Source of the DNA: a virus | IMG/VR virus record: IMGVR_UViG_3300023110_001773 | Span: 64,001-128,000 of that record | Strand: one strand, 5' to 3' | Length of the DNA: 64,000 nt | Part shown: piece by piece, positions 1 through 9,207 of the stretch | Numbering within the stretch: the first letter of the stretch is position 1 | Layout: each line of letters opens with the position of its first letter | Position numbers and translations under genes: made by a program | Notes under the pieces: generated by a model | The model's database searches: none | Seen by the model: only the letters and a program-made list of their open reading frames with translations | What the model was told of the DNA's origin: nothing

Positions 1-888
1 GTAAAACCGTTTGTTTGTTGTTACATCAGTGGATGATTTGATAGTGTCGGTAAATCTTTTGTACTCTTCGGCATCATGTTCCTTGAGAGATGCCTTAACA
101 ATCCCAACCATCTTGGTTTGATACTTTAGTTTGCGACTAGATGCACCCTTGTGAATCAAAGGTTCTCCGCCGTTTCTTTCCTCAAACCAATCTCTTAGGT
201 GAAAGTATATATCTTCACCCATAGTCAACAAAAATGATGACATGGTGTCACCCTTGTATCTTAGATAAGGGCGCATACCATCATACATAGATGCACCCTT
301 TATGTTGCCATAAAGAGATGTCGTCTCAAACAAACAAAACTCCGTGTCATACTTCTTGTTCAACATCCTGCGAACATCATGGGAACAACAGATTGCAGCC
401 ATGAGTTTACCCCCAAGATAGTTGAAACCAAAAGGTTGAACGGGCACAATGTTGAACCCCATGATTGCACGTTGGTTGAAAATTCCCAGATCGGGAACAC
501 CGCCGAGGTAGTCGTTTCTGGGTTTTGAGTTGATGAGGGGGGAACCCATCTTAATAAACCCAACGGCTTTATTGGTGTTTGTTTCTTTGACAATCAGTTT
601 AAGAGTTTTACCTGGCGCCTCATCGGGGGAAAACGAAGCGGTCATCTCCAACATCTGATCAAAGATTTCATTGTTCATTTGAACAACTTCAAAGTCCAAG
701 TCCTCAGGCGGTGTGTCCCATAACTGAAACATATCGTCTTCAACACTCATACCAAACAGGGGCGGAGGCAAAGCCTTCACCCGTTCAATTTTTCTTGCAC
801 GAAAGTAATCGTCTATCCTTCCAAACTTGGAAAAATAATCAATAATTAGCTTGCTCGCATACAGCGAGTCTTCTTTGGATAGAATCAT
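1..888 (-). CDS. Conserved phage protein, DUF4338/DruA-like (truncated at window start; not in ORF track)
   Basis: ATG at 888 overlaps the stop of the upstream ORF (ATGA). The frame appears open to position 1: MILSKEDSLY...FNIVPVQPFGFNYLGGKLMAAICCSHDVR...FETTSLYG. The LGGKL and TTSLYG motifs recall DUF4338/DruA. Confidence 0.55.
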   Translation of the reverse strand, partial: MILSKEDSLYASKLIIDYFSKFGRIDDYFRARKIERVKALPPPLFGMSVEDDMFQLWDTPPEDLDFEVVQMNNEIFDQMLEMTASFSPDEAPGKTLKLIVKETNTNKAVGFIKMGSPLINSKPRNDYLGGVPDLGIFNQRAIMGFNIVPVQPFGFNYLGGKLMAAICCSHDVRRMLNKKYDTEFCLFETTSLYGNIKGASMYDGMRPYLRYKGDTMSSFLLTMGEDIYFHLRDWFEERNGGEPLIHKGASSRKLKYQTKMVGIVKASLKEHDAEEYKRFTDTIKSSTDVTTNKRFY

Positions 889-1427
889 ACAGCAGTCATG
901 AATTGTGGAATAGGTCTATTAGTCCACTTAGAGAAGTGTGCTTTGTATTTGCGATAGTAAGCTTGATATGCTTCAACAAAGTCATCACATTTTACATCAT
1001 CTGGCATTGCTTGTGGTATCTCGGTCATTGGCCCGTCTGGAATATTTCTTGGTACTGACTTGAGTACATCACCGAGTTTTGTCCAACATGCATGTTGTTT
1101 ACCATAACGATGTGTATATTCTTTTGCAAGTGATTCCCACAACCCATACAACCAGATATAGTTTGCCACGGTGGTTCTTGTCCAGATGGCAGTAGGATGA
1201 TTGATGTGAGATGCTTTATACAATGTGTTTTCCATCATATCATCTGGATGTTTCCATCGCTTGATGTTTCTACCATTAGCAGTTTTGCCAAGATAGATAG
1301 TACCATCTAACACACGATGTGCAGTAGACAACAGTTGTGGATATTCAATGTTCATTTTCACAACGTGTTTGTCGTTGTGAAGTTTTGCAGCTACAGTGTA
1401 GTTGCGGTCAAGTCCAAATGCATTCAT
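885..1427 (-). CDS. Pyrimidine-dimer DNA glycosylase / endonuclease V-like protein
   Basis: MNAFGLD...HNDKHVVKMNIEYPQLLSTAHR, HINHP, PQAMPD and W(TNR)P motifs typical of the Pyr_excise-like family in marine T4-like phages. Confidence 0.7.
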   Translation of the reverse strand: MNAFGLDRNYTVAAKLHNDKHVVKMNIEYPQLLSTAHRVLDGTIYLGKTANGRNIKRWKHPDDMMENTLYKASHINHPTAIWTRTTVANYIWLYGLWESLAKEYTHRYGKQHACWTKLGDVLKSVPRNIPDGPMTEIPQAMPDDVKCDDFVEAYQAYYRKYKAHFSKWTNRPIPQFMTAV

Positions 1428-1453
1428 AATATATACCCCCTAGTATTTGTATC

Positions 1454-1482
1454 ATTATACATATGTTGAGAGCAGATGTCAA
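1454..1482 (-). promoter_or_regulatory. sigma70-type early promoter TTGACA-N17-TATAAT
   Basis: Minus strand reads ttgaca tctgctctcaacatatg tataat, upstream of the 1427 ORF. Confidence 0.8.
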
Positions 1483-2069
1483 GAGTCTTTTAAAGCGTTA
1501 ATTTTTTCTTTAGCTAAGTCCATTGCTTCCTTGTCATTGAAGTATTTTGGTCTGCGTTTCGGAACATTCTTAGATTGATCGGCAAATTTCTCGTTCATCT
1601 TATCAGACTCTTCAATTTGTTTCTTCATATATTCAAGAAATTCATTTGATCCACCGTCCTCTCCGAGTTCATCTAGAATACCATGCAAATCGAGACTCTG
1701 AATGTATCGATATTTTGTATCTAGTTGTTTCTTTTCTTTTTGAATACGCCGAAGAAAAGCATAATAAGTGATCTGTGTAAAATACGCAAAGGGGTTCTTG
1801 GATTTTTCTGGGTCGAAGTTATGAATATATGTGATACAATTTTCAATACCATCAAGGATCATTTCTTCTCGGAAGGTGTAGTTTACAAAGTTAGATTTGT
1901 AAGCCAAGTGATTTGCAATCTTAACGAAACACTCACCGATGTAATTTGACACTCTCGGTTTAGGTTCGCCTTTCTTTTCGGCTTCATTTACTTGTTCTCT
2001 GTATTCTATCATTGCCGCCAAAAACTCTTTGTTGTTGACGTAATGTCTGTTCTCAGTTTTTTTGCTCAT
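1479..2069 (-). CDS. g55: Late transcription sigma factor gp55
   Basis: HYVNNKEFL, YIGECFVKIANHL, NFVNYTFREEMILDGIENC, FDPEKSKNPFAYFTQI motifs. Confidence 0.95.
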   Translation of the reverse strand: MSKKTENRHYVNNKEFLAAMIEYREQVNEAEKKGEPKPRVSNYIGECFVKIANHLAYKSNFVNYTFREEMILDGIENCITYIHNFDPEKSKNPFAYFTQITYYAFLRRIQKEKKQLDTKYRYIQSLDLHGILDELGEDGGSNEFLEYMKKQIEESDKMNEKFADQSKNVPKRRPKYFNDKEAMDLAKEKINALKDS

Positions 2070-2099
2070 AATAAAAGTCCTTTAATACTTTATAACACA

Positions 2100-2128
2100 A
2101 GTATAATTTATTTTATAATAAATGTCAA
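2100..2128 (-). promoter_or_regulatory. sigma70-type promoter for g55 (TTGACA-N17-TATACT)
   Basis: Direct match on the minus strand about 30 nt upstream of the g55 ATG. Confidence 0.7.
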
Positions 2129-2145
2129 TAGTGTTTTGAAAGCCC

Positions 2146-2174
2146 TTGACAGGTGCTCAAAAAATCATTATAAT
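2146..2174 (+). promoter_or_regulatory. Perfect sigma70 promoter TTGACA-N17-TATAAT pointing antisense into the uvsW operon
   Basis: ttgaca ggtgctcaaaaaatcat tataat; no credible plus-strand CDS downstream. Confidence 0.7.
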
Positions 2175-2203
2175 TAGGATGTGCCATTAAGGGATATTAA
2201 GCC

Positions 2204-2608
2204 TTAATGAATTTGATCATTTCCTTTATCTTTTAAAGAATTCATAAATTCTTCTATGGACAAACCGTCTTCAAATTCTGGTTCAAAGTCGTCCATGGCG
2301 TCCATAAAATCCAACCCTTCTTTTTTGTCTTCCATATACCCCTCGGTCATCTTGTAGAATCCCTCTTCATAATGCTGACTGAGCGGCGAAATAGAAATAA
2401 TTTTATCTTGTTTAATAGAATAAAATTCGGAGTCGGTGAAAGCAATCCAAGGGCGCAAAGACAAAGCTTCATGTGTGGAGTTAATTTTTACTCTAGTAAC
2501 TTCTAGAGGTATGGTTGTTTCTAGATGTGTTTCTGATTCAGATACAATACCAGCAATAAGCTGCATGCCGTTATCTAAACAAATAATACTAGGTTTGCAT
2601 TTTACCAT
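2204..2608 (-). CDS. Conserved hypothetical protein between uvsW and g55 (Sm-like fold possible)
   Basis: 134-aa ORF with LxNGxxLIA and LRPWI motifs; this position is typically occupied in marine T4-like phages. Confidence 0.6.
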   Translation of the reverse strand: MVKCKPSIICLDNGMQLIAGIVSESETHLETTIPLEVTRVKINSTHEALSLRPWIAFTDSEFYSIKQDKIISISPLSQHYEEGFYKMTEGYMEDKKEGLDFMDAMDDFEPEFEDGLSIEEFMNSLKDKGNDQIH

Positions 2609-4076
2609 TAGAGTCTATCCTTATAACTTTGTATTCAAAATTTTCTTCATTGTATAATTTAATTCTTTCAAGGACATGATTTAAAGTATAGTTCTTTTTT
2701 GACTTCCATGATAAATCATCACCAACATCAAACAAGTTACAACTTGACTTGTCGTTCCCCTTTCTCAACCCCCTACCAATAGACTGCAAGTTTCTAATCC
2801 TGCTTTTACTTGGAGAGGCAAACACTACATTGTGTAGGTTTCTAATATTTATACCAGTAGAAAATGTACCATATGAGGCTACAATTATAGTGTCTTTTGA
2901 TTGTTCCGTCAACTCACGAATCTTCTCCCTTTGTTCCGTCTCAGTGCCTCCGAAAACAAAGTACACCGATTTATCAGTCATTCCTTTTATCATCTTGTAT
3001 AAGACATCGCCGTGTTTCTCTACATACTGATATAAAACCAACGTATTGCCCTTCTGAGAGGTCGCCAGCTTCGCCAGGATGTCATTGCGTTCTGGGTTAG
3101 ATACTAGGAAGTCCATTTCCTCTTGATAAGACATTTTGGATACAAGTTTTCTTTGTTCATCTGGGTATCCAATTATCATACAGATGATTTTAAGTTCTGC
3201 GAGTTCCTTTTTGTCCATCAATTTTTTGGTTGAGGTCACCTTGAATACTGGCCCAAACACACCCTCTAAGACAAGTTTGTGTGTCTTTGTGCCGTCTAGC
3301 GTACCAGTAGTACCTATTCGGAAACGAGCGTTTTTACATTTGTCCATGAGTGTCATCAAAGACTTCGCTTTGAATAAGTGTGCCTCATCACCGTAGACCA
3401 CATCAAACTGACTGAACCATTCTTGTGGAAATTTGTATATAGATTGCCATGTAGAAATAACTACATCGGCGTTGTTGGATTTTTCTTTCCCGCCATAAAT
3501 TCTGTGACAGTGTTTTGCCACGTTGAACCCGTTGTTACTTGAGTAGTCTCGGAAGTCACCGTACATTTGTTCTACCAGTGAGGTGGTGGGTACTACGATC
3601 AACTGTTTGCGCCCCAGAGCTTGATGATATCTAATCAACGAGTAAATGATAAGTGACTTACCAGATGCAGTCGGCGACAACAACAGAGTCCTACCAGAGT
3701 TTATCGCCTCATGAATAGCAGACTGTTGGTAGTCTCTGGCCTGAATAGGTTTCTTTTGACTGTGAAGTTTAAGGACATTACAAAACTCGGATACTTCTTC
3801 TTTAGAAATCTTTTCACCGAATGGTTCAAGATCGATCTGAATCTCATACTCTAATTGTTTGGCAAACTTAATAAGATAGGGAACCAAACCAATATAGAGT
3901 TCGGCCTTGTTCACATTGTACAAACGAATTTTGCCATCCCAATACTTGTTTCTATAGGATGGCATAAACTTGGCGCCAGGTACTTCAAATGTAAAGAAGT
4001 CTGATATCTCCCGTCTGATACTATCAGATGCTTCTACATAAACATGAACGTTGTCTTTTTGTTTTACCCAGATCAT
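2589..4076 (-). CDS. uvsW: UvsW SF2 DNA/RNA helicase
   Basis: Motifs SPTASGKS, DEAH, GTTGT, GTFSTGINI, QSIGRGLR. Start probably at 4076 (ATGA overlap with the uvsY stop). Confidence 0.95.
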   Translation of the reverse strand: MIWVKQKDNVHVYVEASDSIRREISDFFTFEVPGAKFMPSYRNKYWDGKIRLYNVNKAELYIGLVPYLIKFAKQLEYEIQIDLEPFGEKISKEEVSEFCNVLKLHSQKKPIQARDYQQSAIHEAINSGRTLLLSPTASGKSLIIYSLIRYHQALGRKQLIVVPTTSLVEQMYGDFRDYSSNNGFNVAKHCHRIYGGKEKSNNADVVISTWQSIYKFPQEWFSQFDVVYGDEAHLFKAKSLMTLMDKCKNARFRIGTTGTLDGTKTHKLVLEGVFGPVFKVTSTKKLMDKKELAELKIICMIIGYPDEQRKLVSKMSYQEEMDFLVSNPERNDILAKLATSQKGNTLVLYQYVEKHGDVLYKMIKGMTDKSVYFVFGGTETEQREKIRELTEQSKDTIIVASYGTFSTGINIRNLHNVVFASPSKSRIRNLQSIGRGLRKGNDKSSCNLFDVGDDLSWKSKKNYTLNHVLERIKLYNEENFEYKVIRIDSNGKMQT

Positions 4077-4516
4077 ATGAGCCCAGATTGCATTTTCGTC
4101 CATTCAACAGCAGTCTTGATATCCCAACCTCTGCCATTCAAACTGCGAAGTACTCTGTCTAGAAAATCAACAGTAGTCTCTAGGTAGTAAACTTTATCTT
4201 GTTGTTTGATAACATCTGAATCACTGTCTAGTTGATCTCGCATATCAGACCTAAGAATGGCATTTTTTCTCCAAGGTTCCCACCCCAGAGAATCAAGTTC
4301 TTCTTTGGAAAGTTCTCCACGATAGTAATCTGACTTTACTCTTTCAAGTCTTTTTAAGTCAGCGACTGCCTTTCGGAGTTGGAGTTTTGTGTTTGCTAGA
4401 ATCGTTACATACTTTGAGTGCAGTATGGGAGTCCTAGTTGACTCCCCACCCAAATCTAATTCATCAAGTTTGCAATCTTCAGCCCACATAGACTGAAGTT
4501 CAATAAGTGTAGCCAT
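4073..4516 (-). CDS. uvsY: UvsY recombination mediator
   Basis: W.EDCKLD, P.LHSKY, YY.G, RGWDIKTAVEW; adjacent to uvsW. Confidence 0.9.
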   Translation of the reverse strand: MATLIELQSMWAEDCKLDELDLGGESTRTPILHSKYVTILANTKLQLRKAVADLKRLERVKSDYYRGELSKEELDSLGWEPWRKNAILRSDMRDQLDSDSDVIKQQDKVYYLETTVDFLDRVLRSLNGRGWDIKTAVEWTKMQSGLI

Positions 4517-4532
4517 AATAAATTAACCAAAT

Positions 4533-5120
4533 TTAACCAACAGATTTAATATTATATATTCGATATTTAAAGGAAGCTAATCCAACAAAGTAAGGGGAGT
4601 CTCCTGCTGACTGATCAAAGTCCAGTCCAGACAAAGCAACTGGAAACGCATCTCTGAAGACAATCTCTATGTTAGGATTGTCATTTGAATCTAAGACAAA
4701 TAAACTAGCATCACTTACTTGGGCAATTGCTTCTTGTTTATCTTTCCTAGCACTCTGCGTTCTCCATTTTTGAGTATTAACATAGTCGGTGAACTGTCTG
4801 TGTTTTTCTGGGAATCCAAGACCAATCATCCAGTTATACAACTCTTTATAATTTGTCATATCCTCTTGAATCAAAAAACGAATGTTTAAATCACCAAAGG
4901 TAATTTTGTCGCCTGGATATGGAATATCAGATAATGGGGTATTCTGTACTGGAAACCCCATATTTACATCTGGAATGTTTGCTCCCTGACAAAAGAATGC
5001 AACATGCGGGATGTTATGCACTTGGAATTTAAATCCATTCGGCCGCAAATAGTCTAATTCTGAACCAGACTGAGAAGTATATGTGCCGTTATTTACCGAA
5101 ATGGTTGGAGTGTAAGCCAT
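4533..5120 (-). CDS. g3: Tail completion / tube terminator gp3
   Basis: YLRPNGFKF, FFCQGANIP, PGDKITFGDL, FLIQEDMTNYKELYNW, DAFPVALSGLDF; follows g23. Confidence 0.85.
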   Translation of the reverse strand: MAYTPTISVNNGTYTSQSGSELDYLRPNGFKFQVHNIPHVAFFCQGANIPDVNMGFPVQNTPLSDIPYPGDKITFGDLNIRFLIQEDMTNYKELYNWMIGLGFPEKHRQFTDYVNTQKWRTQSARKDKQEAIAQVSDASLFVLDSNDNPNIEIVFRDAFPVALSGLDFDQSAGDSPYFVGLASFKYRIYNIKSVG

Positions 5121-5473
5121 TAAAGACCTCTATTCTGTTTAGGATGCCATCTTCCATACATACAGTGAACCAACTCATGACCTATAAATTCTGGTTGATA
5201 GGACACCGCTGGGTCAATGATATAAATGGTGCAGTTGTTTGTAGCTGGTGACACTTTTCCAAATGCTGCAACCTTCTTCGCAGTCTCTTTGTCCATGTGC
5301 TTAGAAGCTTCCTTTTCCATGGCTTTTTCACTTTCTAGCACCACAATCGTGACACCCAAAGAAGTCTTTTCATACTCCTTTTCCTCAAAATAATAATCGT
5401 CTGCACCCTTTTTCGGTGATTGGTCACACGATGCAAGGAAGAGTAACAACACTGGCAGTATTAATTTTTTCAT
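5120..5473 (-). CDS. Predicted lipoprotein with HExxH zinc-binding motif
   Basis: MKK plus hydrophobic stretch plus lipobox LASC; C-terminal GHELVHCMYGRWH. Confidence 0.65.
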   Translation of the reverse strand: MKKLILPVLLLFLASCDQSPKKGADDYYFEEKEYEKTSLGVTIVVLESEKAMEKEASKHMDKETAKKVAAFGKVSPATNNCTIYIIDPAVSYQPEFIGHELVHCMYGRWHPKQNRGL

Positions 5474-5478
5474 GCCAC

Positions 5479-5486
5479 TATTTATA
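5479..5486 (-). promoter_or_regulatory. T4 late promoter TATAAATA (lipoprotein/g3 operon)
   Basis: Exact consensus, 5 nt before the ATG at 5473. Confidence 0.8.
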
Positions 5487-5501
5487 ATGATTGTGAGCCA
5501 T

Positions 5502-5528
5502 AAAAAAAGGGACTCCGAAGAGTCCCTT
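5502..5528 (-). terminator. Intrinsic terminator after g23 with C(UUCG)G tetraloop
   Basis: gggactc-ttcg-gagtccc-ttttttt on the minus strand. Confidence 0.9.
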
Positions 5529-5557
5529 AAAACGATCCCTTATGGGGATTCTTTTTA

Positions 5558-6832
5558 TTACATCAGGTTAGTAACCTTGACTGAACGGTAGTACTGGTTA
5601 CGATCAGCAGTGAAAGTATCTGCGTCAGTAGCACCACCATCAGTAGTAGTGACGTAAGGGTTAGCAATCATACCGTAACGAGTCTTGAAGCCAATCTTGG
5701 GCTGGAAGGTGTTAGGATCGATTGCCCGTACCATCTGGAGAGGTACATAGGGGCAGTAGAACAGACCGGCGTCATAAGGTGAAGTACCCTTGTAACCCGC
5801 AACGTAGAACTGAGCAGAAGCACCAGTGTTTGCAGAGTAAGGATCAATGTATACCTTATAACGACCATTTAGTACACCAGCAAAAGTGTTACCAGTGTCG
5901 TCAACATTCAGGTTCGTGTTCAACGCAGGGTTGTAATCAAGTACACCAGCCATAGACAGGGCAGAAGCAACATCTGAAGAACAGATGATGAAGTTACCCT
6001 TCCCTCTACGAGTGTCTTGTGCAATTACGTTAGCATCTCTTTCGATGTTGAAGAGAAGACCCTTGAATCTTTCAACAGACCAGCGACCATTTGAATCTAC
6101 GTCAAGGTCGAAAGTACCAGGCGTTGCAGTAGAAGCAGCACCAGTCTTAGCGACTTTGTAGATTGTACGGATCACTTCACGGTTGATTTCAGCAAGGATT
6201 TCCTGAGACAGAATGTTTGACAACTCTGACTCAGCGTCCAGACCGTGAACTGCCTTGAGGTCTTGCGCCAATTCGACAGTGTATTCTGCCTTCAGAGCAC
6301 GAGACTTAGCAGTTACAGTGGTCTTCTCGATTGAGAATGCCATCTGGTTCAGTGTAGTACCACCCGAATCACCGAATACTTCAGCGGCGTCACGAGTTAC
6401 ACCAGTACCCGTGGTGTAAGCACCATCAACGGGGTTAGAACCAGCGTGAGTACCAGTACCAGAGAAGTCTGTGTCAGCTTCGTTGAACAGAGCTTCATCA
6501 CCAGTCTGTGAATCATAATGCGACTTCATCGCAAAGATCAGACCAGTAGGGCCAGTCATAGGTTGAACACCAGCAACGTCATATGCCATCAGGTTAGGCA
6601 ACGCACGGCGAACGAGAGAGATCAGGATCGGATCGTAGGTATCGATCTCACCAGACATGTTGTTAGCGTGTACCGCTTCAGAGAAAACGGCTTTCTCTTC
6701 ACGGAGAGCCTTTTCTTGGTTCTCCAGAATTACAGAAGTTACTGCCTTACGATAAGGGTCAGTAATCTCTTGCAGATCGGGATGATCCAGAACAGGACTC
6801 CACTTTTTTTGGATTTCTTCGGAAAGATACAT
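5558..6832 (-). CDS. g23: Major capsid protein gp23
   Basis: KKWSPVLDH, DPILISLVRR, GVQPMTGPTGLIFAM, KSRALKAEYT.ELAQDLKAVHGLDAE, FQPKIGFKTRYG. Confidence 0.99.
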   Translation of the reverse strand: MYLSEEIQKKWSPVLDHPDLQEITDPYRKAVTSVILENQEKALREEKAVFSEAVHANNMSGEIDTYDPILISLVRRALPNLMAYDVAGVQPMTGPTGLIFAMKSHYDSQTGDEALFNEADTDFSGTGTHAGSNPVDGAYTTGTGVTRDAAEVFGDSGGTTLNQMAFSIEKTTVTAKSRALKAEYTVELAQDLKAVHGLDAESELSNILSQEILAEINREVIRTIYKVAKTGAASTATPGTFDLDVDSNGRWSVERFKGLLFNIERDANVIAQDTRRGKGNFIICSSDVASALSMAGVLDYNPALNTNLNVDDTGNTFAGVLNGRYKVYIDPYSANTGASAQFYVAGYKGTSPYDAGLFYCPYVPLQMVRAIDPNTFQPKIGFKTRYGMIANPYVTTTDGGATDADTFTADRNQYYRSVKVTNLM

Positions 6833-6872
6833 TGTAGTCTCCTTGATTTTGGTTTTTGTTTTTACCTAAGTT

Positions 6873-6880
6873 TATTTATA
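6873..6880 (-). promoter_or_regulatory. T4 late promoter (g23)
   Basis: Exact TATAAATA followed by an A/C-rich leader and AGGAG. Confidence 0.85.
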
Positions 6881-6886
6881 AAAGTT

Positions 6887-8107
6887 TTACTTTTTGATTT
6901 GTTTTGAAATAGCCTGAGCATACTTATTGATAGATGAACTTTCCTCAAGGAAACTAGAGTCAACTGTATCAGTCAACTTTTCATCTTCAGTTTCAACACT
7001 TTGTTTGGGGAAATAGTTTTCCTTAACAACGGAAACCTTTTCAGCGAACAACTCTGAACTACCGAAGTCTACATCAACAAGAAGTGAAGACAGTTTTTCT
7101 GATTCTGTCATTGTCAAATCTTCTGAGGCCTCAGCGATGATTTTCTCACGCATCATTGTCTCTTTCTCAGAAGAAAGGGCAACTTCACGCTCGATACTCT
7201 CGTTGAGTTTTGACTTTAGTTCTTCGATTTCGCTTTCCATTTCACCAAGTACATCGTACTTTTCTTCGGGCACTTCAATGTAGTGTTCGGTGAAAACAGT
7301 TTTCAGAGACTTGATAAAGTCTTCTGTAATTTCTGTGCGGAGACCACGCTCAATGGCGAGCTCGTTCTCTTTCATCCAGTTCTCAGCAACATAGTTGAGG
7401 TAAGAATCAATTTTCTCAACCATTTCTTCTTTGAACTGTTCTTTCTCGGCAGCAAATTCTTCAGCAAGTTCTGCCTGAATTGATTCGATCTCATTGGCAA
7501 GGCGAGCAGTAACAACTGTCTCGAAAAGATCAGCAGCCTTAACCTTGAAGTCTTCTGAAAGATGTTCTTCGTCAGCAAACAGATTCATGATGTCGCCTTC
7601 AAAAAGATTTTCGGAATCGTCTTCTTCTTCTTCGATTTCCTCTTCTTCTGCAACAACTTCTGTTTCTTCCTCTTCAGAATCAACTTCTTCTTCTGAAATT
7701 ACTTCGTCTTCCTCAGACTCTTCTACTTCTTCTCTTGCAACGTTGCCCTTAGATGAAGCCTGTGCAACTACTTTGCGGGGGTCTTCTTCATCTTCAAAGT
7801 TGGGGGCATCGCCTGCACCTTGGTTTGTAAGCTCACCAGACTGACTCATCTTGTCAGCAGCAGCCTTACCTACAGAAGATGTCAAACCACCATGCTTGTC
7901 ACCTGTACCAGAAAGGTCTTGCATTTCTGGTGAAGGGTTAGAACTGCCTTGTGTAGGATTCTTGGAATCACCAGGCGTTGCATTGGGCTTCAGATTTTCC
8001 GCCGCAGCCTTCTCTTCCAGTTCATTGACTTCTTCAGCAAGGTCAAGAGCTTCTTCAATCTCTTTGCCTTTCTTGAGAAAGTCTCTGATTTTACTTTCTA
8101 CGCTCAT
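6887..8107 (-). CDS. g22: Prohead core scaffolding protein gp22
   Basis: Glu-rich; LSEDFKVKA..LFE, IDSYLNYVAENWMKENELAIERGLRTEITEDF, KENYF; upstream of g23. Confidence 0.93.
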   Translation of the reverse strand: MSVESKIRDFLKKGKEIEEALDLAEEVNELEEKAAAENLKPNATPGDSKNPTQGSSNPSPEMQDLSGTGDKHGGLTSSVGKAAADKMSQSGELTNQGAGDAPNFEDEEDPRKVVAQASSKGNVAREEVEESEEDEVISEEEVDSEEEETEVVAEEEEIEEEEDDSENLFEGDIMNLFADEEHLSEDFKVKAADLFETVVTARLANEIESIQAELAEEFAAEKEQFKEEMVEKIDSYLNYVAENWMKENELAIERGLRTEITEDFIKSLKTVFTEHYIEVPEEKYDVLGEMESEIEELKSKLNESIEREVALSSEKETMMREKIIAEASEDLTMTESEKLSSLLVDVDFGSSELFAEKVSVVKENYFPKQSVETEDEKLTDTVDSSFLEESSSINKYAQAISKQIKK

Positions 8108-8142
8108 GATTTTCTCCTTTGAGATTTTGCGTTACTGATAAT

Positions 8143-8150
8143 TATTTATA
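8143..8150 (-). promoter_or_regulatory. T4 late promoter (g22)
   Basis: Exact TATAAATA. Confidence 0.8.
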
Positions 8151-8155
8151 CAAAA

Positions 8156-8809
8156 TTATATTTTAGATAGACGATCTAGGAATGAACTAAACACTGCAAG
8201 TTTCTGTTCCTCCAGTTCACGAGAACTAGACTTTTTAATAACAGATTGTGCAATGTCCATTTCTCTTTCAGTCCATACACCGTTTATCATCATCCATTCT
8301 TTGTTCTCCATAATACCTCTAACAAAGGCATCTGGAGCAGAAGGGTCTGCCACGATATCAGCAGCAGTCGAAAGAACAAAATCATCTTGTACTTCGTTGA
8401 TGCCGTTCTTCTCTTTAAGTGAACCAAGACCTCTTGAACTCACTCCGAGTTGTGCGCCTTCATCCATTAAATTCTTAACGATATTCCCCATAGGAGTGTC
8501 TAGGATTTTTGCCTTGCCAATCCAGTTATCGCCATCTTCTTTCAAAGAAGTAATCATATGAGATACACGATCTAGATTCAGAGTCGGGCCTTCTGGATGA
8601 CCCAGTTCACCCATCGCTCTCTTCTTGTCGATCTGTTCGGTTCGGTATCTATCTACTTCTTTACGCATAATCTCCTTGGGATAAGAACGATTATTGCGAT
8701 TGGTGATATTAGATTGCAAGAAAACACCTTCAATGTAAAGGTTTCTCTTACCATTTTTTTCTTCTGAGATATATTGAATATCTTCAGTAACTTCCGTAAT
8801 TAGTTTCAT
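8156..8809 (-). CDS. g21: Prohead protease gp21
   Basis: MKLITE start at 8809; LYIEGVFLQ, NRNNRSYP, GELGHP, GVSSRGLGSL, DIVADPSAPDAFV. Confidence 0.97.
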   Translation of the reverse strand: MKLITEVTEDIQYISEEKNGKRNLYIEGVFLQSNITNRNNRSYPKEIMRKEVDRYRTEQIDKKRAMGELGHPEGPTLNLDRVSHMITSLKEDGDNWIGKAKILDTPMGNIVKNLMDEGAQLGVSSRGLGSLKEKNGINEVQDDFVLSTAADIVADPSAPDAFVRGIMENKEWMMINGVWTEREMDIAQSVIKKSSSRELEEQKLAVFSSFLDRLSKI

Positions 8810-9195
8810 TAGCCTAGGTCTCCTTGATCTTGATGTTGCTGCGGGCCAAAACCAGAAACCTTTGACAACTCCAACCAAAGAACTGCATCACCGTTTGAAA
8901 TTGCTACGTCAATGTCTTGATCATTTTCTGTGTTCTCTACCCAACCATACCAATCGGTGAAACCAGTGCCGTGGACATGCATGATATCAACACTGTTACG
9001 AGAGATAGTTACTGAGGCGTTTTTGTCACAGTTCCAATGTACTCTTGTGATATTAACTTCTGGAGAAGTGGCGGTCTCGGTGGATTTTTTAATATCTACG
9101 TCAAGATCAATAGAACCACTATCCCCACCAGTACCAGAACAACGAACAACGGCCTGTACTTGGGTCAGTTTTAAATTGGATTTAGCGAATGCCAT
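8809..9195 (-). CDS. Hypothetical head-module protein
   Basis: 128-aa beta-rich ORF, translationally coupled to g21 (TAATG). Confidence 0.6.
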   Translation of the reverse strand: MAFAKSNLKLTQVQAVVRCSGTGGDSGSIDLDVDIKKSTETATSPEVNITRVHWNCDKNASVTISRNSVDIMHVHGTGFTDWYGWVENTENDQDIDVAISNGDAVLWLELSKVSGFGPQQHQDQGDLG

Positions 9196-9207
9196 CTATC
9201 GTCTCCG

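Noticed and set aside
8810-8878. N-terminal extension of gp21 in the track (similarly for uvsW, 9633, 27673, 32297)
   Set aside because: Downstream ATGs match conserved starts, or have coupling overlaps or an RBS.
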